Assembly (NCBI GenBank): GCA_043228905.1
Contig: JBHGNT010000017.1
Span: 13,330,001 to 13,394,000, forward strand
Origin: Azolla caroliniana
Lineage: Eukaryota; Plantae; Polypodiophyta
DNA: 64,000 nt
Direction: 5' to 3'
The notes under the pieces are model-generated. The model did no database searches. It had not been told where the DNA came from and saw only the letters and a list, made by a program, of their open reading frames with translations. The translations under genes and the position numbers were made by a program. Below, piece by piece: positions 36,421 to 48,400 of this stretch (position 1 is the first letter of the stretch; every line of letters starts with the position of its first letter).

Positions 36421-39350
36421 CACTTGCACATACACATTTATACCCCCTACACATTTGAAACTCACAACTACATTTATACCCCCTACACATACACAACATC
36501 ATGATAACATTCGACCCTTGCTCATCACACTTGACTCTCCGTACATCTCGTACGGGGTAACACAATATGGCACGCCCGTGGGAAAGTGCCTTGCACGTCG
36601 ATCCCACATGCCTTGATGATGATATTTCTTTGACCGGAACTTCCATCGGTCCTTTCATTGATCGACTCCCTCGATTGAAGTGCTTGACTTGAACATCTTT
36701 GTCGGTCAGCAAATCTTCCGCGAAACGAACATTCTCGTTCTGTTGACTTACGAACTTCGTAAAATCATTCGGGTCGTCAAAAATATGTTGTATGTATGTG
36801 TGTTCTTCCTTTAATTTTTGTGTGGGTTGTCGTGGTTGATCACGTCCATTTCTTTAGGTGGATAAGTTTTTAAATTTAGGTTTTTTTAGCCTCAAATTTA
36901 CTAAACGAATGACAATGCCCTTAGGTTTTGAAAACTCCTCGAATGCCCCTTATCATTCTCTTTTTCCCTCTTTTTTCTTTTCTTGTTTCCTCGCTTCTGT
37001 CGTTTCCCTCCTTTCTATCTGTCTATCTCCTCTGATTCCTTCCTTCTTCTTCTTCTTGTTTTCTTCTTCTTCAACTGTCTATCTCCTCTGATTCCTTCCT
37101 TCTTCTTCTTCAACGTCTCTTTCTCTGTGTTTTCGATTTCTTCTTCCCTTCTCTCTTTCTTTCCTTCATCTCCGTTTTCTGTTTCTTCTTCCTTCTTTCA
37201 CCACCCCTATGTCCATTGTTCGTGGCTGTCACGCTCTGTTCTTGTCTGTTGATGTGTGTCGTTGTGTCTGTACGGCCTTCTCTATTCATCTCCATCTTGA
37301 TCTCTGTTTTTGTTTTTGTTTCCGTCTCTAGCTCTGTCGCCGTTGCTGTTCGGACGTGGCTGTCCGGCCGCCGCTTTCCGTTGCTATTCTACCATCTTTT
37401 GGCGTCGTTGCTGTCTCTATCAGCCCTGTCCGACCATTTTCTGGTCTGCCATCTCTGTTCGGCTGTCTTTATTCTTTACGACCGGATGATGTTTGACTGC
37501 CGATGTGGCCGTTGCTGTTCGGCCATTCCGGCTCTCTGGCTCCTGTCCGACCGCTCCAACTACTATCCGGCCACTTCGGAGTCGTATTGTCTTTCTGGCC
37601 CTCCAGCCACTGTTCGGCTGTCCGGCCCATCGTTTCAGCGTCATCACCGTTCAGGCTGTCGGCTCTCCGGCCATTCCCGTCGCTTTTCGGCGTGGTGTCA
37701 CCGTTCTGGTCGTTGTCCAGCCGCTTCTCGGGCCGTTCCGGCTGTCTGTCTGGTTGTTTTTTTTTTTGCCGCCGCCGCCGCCGCCGCTTGTTGTCTGGCC
37801 TCCTTCGTTTCCCCGACCGCTCCGGCTGCTCCAACCACTGTCTAGCTATTTCGACCGGTTACCGGCCCTTTTGGCCGCTCTTTCCACTGTCTGGCCCGTC
37901 TGGCCCGTCCGGCCGCTTCTCCGGTTACTCTTCCGCTGATGTCCGGTAGTCAGTCCGGCTATCTCCGTCGTCCGACACATTCGGCTGTCTCTGTTTGACT
38001 TGGCTGTTGCTGGTCCGCCACCACTTTAGCCGTTGGTATGTGGCCACCACCGTTTGATCGTTGTCCTGGCTCCGTCACCGTTCCGACTGTTCGGCCCGTC
38101 TGGCTGGCTGTATGGCGGATTCCATCTCTGGTCGTCTCCGGCTGTTTCCTCTATTGATGTCGCTTTTCTAGCCATCGAACCGTCTTATCCCAGCTCGTTC
38201 CGACAGTCGGTTTTCTGTGTCTTTTCGTTTGCCTCTGCAACCTTCTGAACACTGTTGCTATTTTGGCCGTCATCCGTCGCCTTGTCCGGCATGTCTGTCC
38301 TTTCTGGTTATTCTGATTGCCTGTCCGGCAACATCTTTCCGGCATCTCCATCCTGTTGTCGGTTGTCTTGGCCATCATGGTTGTCTCTTGCAGCACACTT
38401 TCTTGCACACACATGTCATTGCTAACCGCACATTTGCACATTGTCATTTCTATTCTCGCACACTCACGTAATGCTATCATTTCGCGACTTCCTCTCATGC
38501 ATTGTCATCGTTTTTGTACATCTTTGGCAACATGTCTCGAACATTTAGGACAAAAACAGACCAAACAAAACATACACATATAGAGATTAATTCGTTGTAG
38601 AATTGTGCATCAGTCAATCTTCCATTTCTGACTTCTTCTGCACATCATTGTCATCATTTGTCGCTTTTCTTGCATACTTCTGCAGCAAATAGTCATCACG
38701 CCATTGTTCTTTCTCATATTTCCACCAGTTCTCGCACATCGTCGATTCGACTTCTCGTGCTGATGAGGGTTGCATCATTGTTCGCTGCGTATTATTCTTC
38801 AACTTCGTCTCCAAAGGGGAGTCGCCTTAGTGGTTGCCAAAAGGTGTTATAGGTTTTAGGGTCAGGGTTAAGGACGATGATAATCATGATAAAGATAGAC
38901 ATGGTGGTTATGATGATGATGGAGAGCATGGGATTGATGGTGAGAGAGATCATGTGCATTGAGAAGCATTGCGGGGTGGGGGGTGGTGCCTAGAATGGCT
39001 CCACCCCCCTCCCAAGGGGATTCAATGTTGAGGGGGAGAGAGAGAGAAAGAGAGATGACAAGAGAGAGAGAGATTGAGAGAGAAAAATGATCCTTTTCAT
39101 TCATTCCCCATAAGGGGTTAAATAGTACAAGAGGGGGTAGATACATAGGGGTGTAAGCCCCATTGAGCATTCATACTGAACACTGACTCACACCTCCTCG
39201 TATCCATCCACATGCACACACGTGTGCATGTGTTCACATACATATAGACTCACAACTACATTTATACCCCCTACACATACACAACATCATGATAACATTC
39301 GACCCTCGCTCATCACACTTGACTCTCCGTACATCTCGTACGGGGTAACA
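36421..39350 (-). mobile_element. Non-autonomous LTR element lacking gag-pol
   Basis: Complete LTR 38845-39350 (TGTTA...TAACA, TATAAAT on the minus strand). Partial matching LTR 36421-36562. The 2.3-kb low-complexity interior has no retroelement domains. PBS-like block at 36568 on the + strand. Confidence 0.8.
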
Positions 39351-39588
39351 AGGCAACTACGAGTGAGCCATGATGTGGTCTTTGACGAATCGACATCTTG
39401 GTATTCCATCCCATCTCTAACCCCCAACGACTCTGTGCCGATTGAGGAGGATGAGGCTAGTGATGCCGAGATGATCCGACTCTATGCCGATTGAGGAGGA
39501 TGAGGCTAGTGATACCGAGATGATCCTGGAGGAAGAGGATCACAGAAATTGACATTCCGGAAAAGAGACTGATCTCCTTCTGGCTAAG
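39351..39588 (+). pseudogene. copia family C integrase C-terminal fragment (with a 49-bp tandem duplication)
   Basis: RQLRVSHDVVFDESTSWY continues the 35231-35930 fragment. Confidence 0.88.
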
Positions 39589-39884
39589 TGTCATGATATG
39601 GCAAGACTCAAACCCATGACCTTATGGTATAGGGGTCGAGCTCTTAACCATCACACCATCTATTGTAATTTGTAGGATATTATTTTCATTTATGCTTTAT
39701 TATAAGAAATTAATGTATATTCCAGATTTCTCTGGAACATTCTAGAAGCTTCAAGACTACTCCTGAGAGCACTATAAAAGGAGGCACAAGGCATTGTTTT
39801 GAACCAAATTGGTTCAACACCAGTCTTAAGCCCCTTAGCCACTTTGCACTTATCCTTCACATAATATATTAGCTATTATCATCA
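39589..39884 (+). mobile_element. Short LTR-like sequence with an antisense tRNA-like segment
   Basis: TGTCATGATA...TATCATCA ends and TATA box CTATAAAAGGAGGC. No TSD found. Confidence 0.55.
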
Positions 39885-39930
39885 TCCCTCTCTCTCTCTC
39901 TCTCGCATCCTCACTATCTCTCTCGGGAAT

Positions 39931-42900
39931 TGTAGAAAGTAGCGTGCGGAAGCAAGTATAAAGACAGAACAGAAGGAAGAACACTCAGGTTTAATGGGGA
40001 GCTTGAGCTTATACAGTATACGCGGGAGAGACCAAGAGAGTGAGAGAGAAAACACCAAAAGAGAACGTATATATATTTTATGTATAGAAAAAAAACAACT
40101 AACATATATGTGTTCAATGAACACTTTGTACAAGTCCTAGGAGGACTGACCGAAGTACTGACGGTACTTCAATGCTCATTAAGAGCTCTTACACTAACTC
40201 CCAAATATATTCCTCACGGAATATCTTTCCTAACGGCCTAACCAATCGGTCCCAACCGATCCGGTCCTCGGCTTCTTCAGCCGATCCGGCCGATGTTGAG
40301 CTTGTCTCTCAACACTCCCCCTCAAGCTCAACTTGAGGCTCTTCGGGATCTTCACAGCTCCGGTTCCTCCTGGCTTCACGCCTCGCTCGCGCTCCTCGAC
40401 CTGTTCGACTTCGCGCGCTTCGACCCTTCCGGTCGGCTTGTCTGCTCATGTGGCCCTTATCAACTCTTCTGCTGTTGCGGTGTCGACACTTCTTCTGCTG
40501 CCTTTTCTTCCGCTTGGGCCTCGGTTGATTCAACGTGTCTGAATCAAACATCTGAACCGACTCGGCTACCTCCGATCGGTTTTCGCTCTCGTCCGAGTTG
40601 GCTGTCTCCAACTTGTCTTCAGTCTTCTCGCCCTCGATGGCGTCATCTCCCCCATGCGTGGTTGGCTTCGGCTCTCTCCTTCGGCTGCTCCCCTTCTGTC
40701 CGCTTCCGGACTTTTCAGCGGGTCCGCCCTCGGCTTCTTCAGCCGATCCGAAGTCGAACTTGTCAACCGACTCGGTGTCGCGGACAACCGACTCGGTGTC
40801 GCGGTCTCCGCTCCTTTCCTGCTGCCTTGCTTGGTCGTTCGGGACTGTTCTCCCACTCAAGTTCGGCACATCGAGGTGACGCAACCCAAGCGCACCTGAG
40901 AATTGCCGCAACTTGTCCAGACCAAGAGGCTTTGTGAAGATATCGGCAGTCTGCCGATCCGTCGGCACGTACTGAAGTTCGACTTCACCGGAAAGGACAC
41001 GCTCACGGATGAAATGGTAGTGCACCTCAATGTGCTTGGTCTGTGGGTGGAAGACGGGGTTCTTCGCGAGCTGGATGCTGCTGAGGTTGTCGCAGTAGAT
41101 CGTCGTCGGATTTGACACCTCCACTTGCAGGTCCTTAAGTAGCCGCTTCAACCATATGGCTTCACATGTCGTGACAGCCGCTCCTCGGTACTCAGCTTCG
41201 GTGCTCGACAGTGCAACTGTCGGCTGCTTCTTACTGCTCCACGTGATCGTGGCACTCCCGAGGGAGAACGCGTATCCGGACATGGATCGGCGATCGGCGG
41301 CGTTGCCAACCCAATCAGCATCGGTGTAGCCGATTAAGTGTGCGACCGGTCCGATATAGCAATCCTCGGTACTTAGTGCCACTTACGTACCGCAGTACGC
41401 GTTGCGCACACTGAAGGTGCTCCTCGGTAGGTCGCGCCATGAACTGACTGATCACCCCGACCGGATAACTGAGGTCGGATCGGGTGATGGTCAAGTATAT
41501 GAGGCTTCCGACAATTTGTCGGAACCTCGTCGGGTTGCATACCTCTCCCGTATCGGGACGAAGCTTGATGGTTTTGTCTAGAGGAGTCGAGACGGACTTA
41601 AAGTCGGCCATCCCGAGTTTGAAGAGCATACCCAGCACGTAATGACGTTGGCTGATCAATATGCCTTCGGGGGTACGGATCACTTTGATCCCGAGGAAGT
41701 AATGAAGGTCCCCCAGATCCTTCATGTCGAATGATGCCGCAAGCTGGGGCTTCACGTGGTCGATTTCGCCTAGGTCGGCGCCGGTGATGACCAAGTCATC
41801 GACATATAGTAGAATACTAACCGGTCCGAGTCGACCTTTCCGGATGAACAGGGAAGAGTCTGATTTTGACGTGACGAAGCCCATCCGACGCAGTTGTTGC
41901 GTGATCTTTGCGTTCCAGGCACGCGGGGCTTGCTTCAGTCCGTAAAGGGACTTCTTCAGTCGGCATACTGCCAAGGAGTTCGTTCCGGAGGGAAATCTGG
42001 GGGGCTGTACCATGTACACTTGTTCTTCAAGGTCACCTTGCAGGAATACATTTTTTACATCCATTTGATGTAGGTGCCACCCCTTGGCCGCGGCTACTGC
42101 GAGCAAAACACGGACGATCGTCATTTTTGCGACCGGCGCAAATGTCTCATCGTAGTCGATGCCGTGTTTCTGCACGTAGCCCTTTGCCACTAGCCGAGCC
42201 TTGTACCGGTTGACCGAGCCATCGGTGTTGTACTTGACTTTGTACACCCACCTACACCTGATCGGTTTTACCCCTCTTGGTGCGTCAACCAGGTCCCAGG
42301 TCTCGTTCTCCGCCAATGCGTGCATCTCTTCCTCCATCGCGGCACGCCAATTCGCGTCTTTAGCCGCTTCTGCATAGCTCTCCGACTCACGCACTTCCGC
42401 TACACGGGTCATGTATGCATAATGATGCGCCATGTACTCGTTGTATCCGAACCGCAAAACAGGATTCTTCTGGCGGGTAGATCGACGTAATCTCGCATTA
42501 GCCGATGTCGAGGCCTTCTCGATCGACGCGAACTTCACTTTTAAAGACCCGTCACCGGTTCCCTCGGAGTCGGACTCGCGTCGGTCTGACTCGTTCCAAT
42601 AAGTGCCGGAATCCGACACCTTCTTCTTCCCTTTCTCTTTGCGTGTAAGTCGTCTCCTCGGCTTCCTGCGCGGGGAATGCACGGACGAGTCTCCACTACT
42701 CTCCGACTCTTTATCGGAGTGGTCGTATCGACTCAGCCGTCCAATCGGTCCACTTAACCGGAGTGAAATCAAACTCTCTTCACGGGTCTCAATTTCAGGC
42801 TCATCCGGAGGCATCTTGGCCTCGCTGACCGCATCGTCAGAGCTCGGATTGGAGTCGGGGATCGTAGTCGGGGGCAGGTACCAGGACGCGGACTCGTCAA

Positions 42901-45434
42901 ACACAACGTCGCGGCTGACACGCACTTGTTTGGTGCGAGGGTTATAGCACTTATAACCCTTCTGCTCGTCCGAGTAACCGACCAAGATGCATTTCTCGGC
43001 CTTTGCGTCCAGCTTCCTCCTTTTCTCCTTCGGTATATGCACATACGCAATGCTACCGAACACCCTCAAGTGTCGTAAGTTCGGCTTCGTTCCGAAGTAT
43101 AGCTCGTGCGCCGACACCTTGTCTCCGATCCGGTTCTGGATGTATACCGCGGTCCTTACCGCCTCGGCCCAGTAGAACTTGGGCAAGCTCTTCTCCTCCC
43201 GCATTGCCCGTGCCGCTTCCACAACTGACCGATTCTTTCTCTCGGCCACGCCGTTATGCTCCGGCGTGTATCTACAACTGAATTTGCGGCGAATTCCCAT
43301 TTGTTGTAGGTAACCGTTGAATTGACCAGAAAAGTACTCTTTCCCGCCATCCGACCGCAGGCACTTGATCTTTCGTCCCGTTTCCGTTTCCACGAACCCT
43401 TTGAGGTCCCGGAAACAGTCGAAGACTTCGCTCTTCCTCTCAATGAGGTAGATCCACGTGTTCCGCGTGTGGTCATCGATGACGGAGACGAAATATCGGC
43501 TCCCGCCAAGACTAACGTTCTGTGCCGGCCCCCATACATCGGAGTGTATAAGGTCAAGCTTGTTCTGGCTCCGGTTTCGCTCGTTTGGGAAAGGAAGTCG
43601 GTGTTGCTTCTCGAGCTGGCAGGCTTCACAAATTTGTGCCTTTCGGCCACTAAATTTGGGCAATCCGAACACTACCTGTTTCGATTGCAGATCTTGAAGC
43701 CGTTGGTGGTTGACGTGGCCTATCCGCTTGTGCCACAAGTCGATGTCCGACTCAGTTTTTTGTCCCTTCGCGAACATTGCGGTGCCGCCGTCAGTGGAGT
43801 CGAGGATGAACATCCTCCCGTCTCTGCGCCCTTGCGCAATCACACGACCTTCTTCCTCAATGAAGCACCCGAGGTGTGTAAACCGAACCTCCATCCCTTG
43901 GTCAACGATCTGTCTGACCGAGACCAAGTTTTTCGTGATTGTCGGAACGTGCAACACGTTCATGAGTTTCCCTTTCTGCCCGACATGGCTAAGGGGAACT
44001 TCTCCGACATTCGCGATCGGATGCGGAGTGTCGTCTCCAGTTGCGACTACTCCAGGTTGTATCGGTTTTTCAAGGTACAAGAACCACTCCTTATGGCTCG
44101 TCATGTGGTTTGACGTGCCGGAGTCTACGTACCACACCTCGTCCGATCTCGGGGTTTACTGTTTCATTGAGTTTGCTTCGTGTCTCGTCACGAAGGCAGA
44201 CCCTTCTCCGGCTCTCCCGGATTCTTCGGCGTAGTGTGATCACTGCCGATTTCCCTTGTCGGTATGTCTGGAGCCGTTTCCGGAATCGGTTCTCTCCGAA
44301 TCGGCGCGCTTCTTCCAGCACTCACTTTCCCTGTGGCCTTTCTTGCCACAGTACCAGCACTCCGTGATGGCCCACTCCGTGATGGCCTTCCCTTGCCGGT
44401 TCTCATCGCTTCGACTCCCCCTGTTTCCGGAGGGTCCGGAGTTGCTGTCGGCATCAGTTTGGTGCCTTCTTCCTTGATCTCGTCGGCCGCCTCCATTGCG
44501 CGCCGACTCGCCTCGTCCTCCACGTCCACGGGGCCTATCTCCCTCCGTGTACAACATTCTGTTGTCGGTGTGCGTGCTTGTAGACGCACCAGCGTGGTTC
44601 TCCTCTACCAGGAGCATTGACTGTAAGTAAAAAAAGGACGGCGTATTCTCCCAGGTACACACAACCGTTCGGAACGCTCCGAACTTCGACGCCAAACCTC
44701 CGAGACAGATCTGGCCCATCTCTCTCTCCTCGATGTTCACCTCTATGGAGGCGAGGGAGTCGCAGATATCCTTGATCTTTGAGGTATAGTCCGCCACCGA
44801 CAAGTTGCGTTGTCGTAGGTTGCTCAACTCCTGTTAGAGTTGAAGCTTCCTGGTTGTGGTGCTCACGGCGAAAATCTTCTTCAGATTTTCCCACGCACCC
44901 TTCGGCGTCTTTGCATCCCGAACATAGCTCAATAGTTGTTCGCCCACACACAACGCGAAGCAGTATAATACCCTGCTCGCCGATTGCTCCCATGACGGGA
45001 AGTCTCTGTGTGTCAATTCGGGTGCCGCGTCATTAGCTCCTTCGACATAACTCCAGTACCCGTGCCCGAGCAGGTACTGGTGCATCTTGTAGGACCAAGA
45101 CGCGTAGTTGGTTCTGTCGAGCTTCTCTGTTGGAAGCGAGCTCGCCATGCCTCTATCCATCGTTCTTCTTCGTCAAGCTTTGTCGGTTGCAGAGAGGTTT
45201 AATGGGGAAGCAAGTATAAAGACAGAACAGAAGGAAGAACACTCAGGTTTAATGGGGAGCTTGAGCTTATACAGTATACGCGGGAGAGACCAAGAGAATG
45301 AGAGAGAAGACACCAAAAGAGAACGTATATATATTTTATGTATAGAAAAAAACAACTAGCATATATGTGTTCAATGAACACTTTGTACAAGTCCTAGGAG
45401 GACTGACCGAAGTACTGACGGTACTTCAATGCTC
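39931..45434 (-). mobile_element. Near-complete Ty1/copia family C element
   Basis: 3' LTR 39931-40314, PPT 40315-40327. 940-aa PR-INT-RT ORF 41315-44137, RNase H ORF 40309-41382, gag pieces 44240-45160. Partial 5' LTR ~45206-45434, PBS deleted. Confidence 0.95.
40309..45160 (-). pseudogene. copia gag-pol polyprotein (stops in gag, frameshift before RNase H)
   Basis: EKLDRTNYASW, CWYCGKKGHRESEC, WYVDSGTSNHM, LRSDGGKEY, LLYVDDLVI, TKHIEVHYHF. Confidence 0.95.
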
Positions 45435-48400
45435 TTCGCATGACTCTCTAGATTGGACCGAACCGTGCTCGAAACAAGCAAAGTCCTATTTTTCGTGACA
45501 TCCTTCGACTCGTGCGTCCGGGAAAGCGTGGTTCTTCTTCTGGAAACCAACCGAGGTCTCACGACTGATTGGGCGACCATCAAAGAAGTATGCAATAGGG
45601 TTGACAAACGCCGAGATTGGAAAGAAAAGGGATCCTTGTCGGTCGGATCGGCTGTCGAAATCAGGGTCCCAAATGGAAGAAACGAGGAGGCGGCTCGAGA
45701 TAGGTCCAACCTCGACGAACATAATCGCAGGACCTCCAGATCGCCCAAACCCGCCGAAGCGACGAGGGTCAGCCGCGCGACCGGTGACTGCTAGCAAATA
45801 AGAGGTGCGTATGGTGCGACGCCACCGGGCATGCCCGGAGAGAATGCATTGACTTCGGAGAAGCACTCAGGAGTAATGTAGTCTACCTTTCGAACGGTCG
45901 GGTACATGCAAGCGACACACGAAGACTGCTCGACACGAATTTCGGACGAGGTGGCATGAAGAGGCTAATGAAAGAGGTTGCAGCCCAGCACGTCAAAACC
46001 ATCCACTATTCGGCTTCGGTCAACATCCGAGTAGGGGAAAAGGGTGCCAAACCCGATTCAAACCCTGGGTTTTGGCCGGCTATTCTCGAAACCTTGACCG
46101 GAGGAAGGTTGCAGAAGAGGGAAGCCGAGCGCGTAGAAGAACGTGTGCGCGAAGTTACCGGGTGGAGCGACCCCGTTGAAGAAAGCACCGGTTTTGTGGA
46201 AGCCCCGTGCAAGAACTACGAGGCCCTGATCGACGAAAGACGAGCGAGGAAAACTGGGGGAGCGGGCCCTTCGGGGAGGTATGACACCTAAAGCATGCCC
46301 AAAGAGAATGATGCCGCTCCGACCGAGTCTCAGGAGAAGGAGAAGGGCAAGATTCCCAGCTTCCGCGTAAGCTCGGAAATCGAGAAAACAACGAACCTAC
46401 TAAAAGGTTCTCGAGGAGCGAGTTCTCGACAGTCGCATAGAACTCACGCTTAGGGAAGTGCTTGGTATAGCAATAAGGGAGTTCCACGACAACATCGTGG
46501 ACCTCGTGAAGAGAAAACGTCTCGTGACGGAACCAGAACTCGAGAAGCTGGTTGAGGTGAGGGCGGCACTCCTCGACGAGATTGCCATGGAAGATGAGCT
46601 CGCAGAGAGCCACTACACCAAGCTGCACTGGGCAAGAGCTACTACAGAGACCCCTGTTCGAATCAGGAATGTCAAGGAACCGGTGGTGGCATTAATCGAC
46701 CACGGGTCGGAAATCAACCTAATGTCCATGGACTTCTACAAAAAGGGAAATTGGCCGATCAATACCAAACACGGGTGGAAGATACGTGTGGCAACAAGAG
46801 CCAAGGAAGAGCTGCACGGGGCTTGCCTGAACGTCAGGGTGAGCGTCGGAGACGTCGACATAAACCAACACTTTTTTGTGCAAGAAACGTCCTCCCACCT
46901 GGTCATCCTCGGGGAACCCTACATCACAGCGGCTAGAATGGAGACGAAAGTGGTGGACAATAGTTCAGCCTATGTGAGGGTAAAAAGTCAAGACGACCGT
47001 CACTCCGTCCAATTTTTGACCGTTCGAAAGAACCACGAACGAAACCGGGACACCTTCGGAAATGACGATAAGCCGGATTTTTAGATAGGGCTTTTAAGGC
47101 GTGGGGCCACAATAGTCCGAACAACCGAGAAACTCCCCACACCCGTAAAATAGGTAGGAAAGTTTTGTTCTCCAACAACGGGGGGTGTACCATAGCCAAC
47201 ATCAGTGATAGAGAAAGGAAACGGGCTGAGGTACACTTGAGGGCGTGCGGAGCCTTAAGCCACGACGAAGGAATTAGGGAAGCCATGGAGGTGGTCTCGT
47301 TCGATGACACCTTGGGGGAAATCGGGAAGGTAGTCGAAGGAGGCCTAAGCGAAGACCGAATCATACTGGTCAACTCGATCGACATGTATGAAGTCATTGT
47401 GGACTTTGAAAGAGGAACCCGGGTGCATCGGATCGCCCGAGTAGACACTAAATACAAGACTGCGGACTAGAAGGTGAAGCCCGTCATGGCTCCCTTACCG
47501 GAGGGCAGTTGGGGACGAATAAAGGGGGTTGCTACCAACCGGAGCCTACGAAATTCGGCCGGCATAGGACACCGTTTCACCGACAAAACACTACAAGAGC
47601 TGAAGATCGGTGTCGGTGGCTTCCTACTGCCGACGGAAGAGGACCGGTTTAGAAGAATTCTCGAGAGGCAAGGGAAGGCCTTCGCATTCTCACAAGGAGA
47701 GATCGGGTGCGTCGACCCGACCATCATCGAGCCAATGGTGATCTTTACAGTACCACACATTCCATGGAGTCTCAAGCCGATCCCAGTACCGAGAGCTCAC
47801 ATGCCGATGCTGATGAAGCTTCTTAAGCAGAAAGTGGAGCTCCTCGAACCGGTGGTTTACGGTACCAAAGAAGAACGGCACGTTGCGGTTCATCCAGGAC
47901 TTACAACCGGTCAACAAAGTGACTGTCCGCAATACGGGGGTCGGGCCATCGATCGATGAGTTCGCTGAAGCCTTCGCCGGAAGGTCCATATACTTAGTCA
48001 GAGATCTTTACTCGGGGTACGACCAATTCCAGCTCGCCATGGAAAGCAAGGACATCACGACGATGCAGACCCCTTTCGGCCTAGTTCGAATCTGTAACCT
48101 ACCATAGGGTGGAACCAACTCGGTGGCACACATGGTGAACGCAATGAACAGAGTTTTTGAGGGACTGCATCCCGGACATCATCATGCCTTTCCTAGACGA
48201 CATCCCTATAAAGGGGTGCCCGGAAGACGCTAAGGATGAGTCGATCGGCGCAGACAGGTGCCGAAGGTTTGTCGCGGACCACATCTCTACATCTAAGATA
48301 CTACAAAGGCTCAAGGGCGCACGACTTACCTTCTCGGGAGAAAAGTCAGCTTTCAGACAACCGGAGATATTAGTGGTTGGCTACCTATGTGAGCCGTACG

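Noticed and set aside
36858-38583. Many overlapping ORFs in the non-autonomous element interior
   Set aside because: Low-complexity CT-/CCGG-rich DNA that is poor in stop codons, with no recognisable domain.
43322-44113. Long antisense ORFs over copia/gypsy pol
   Set aside because: Shadow ORFs of GC-rich coding sequence, not conserved between family copies.
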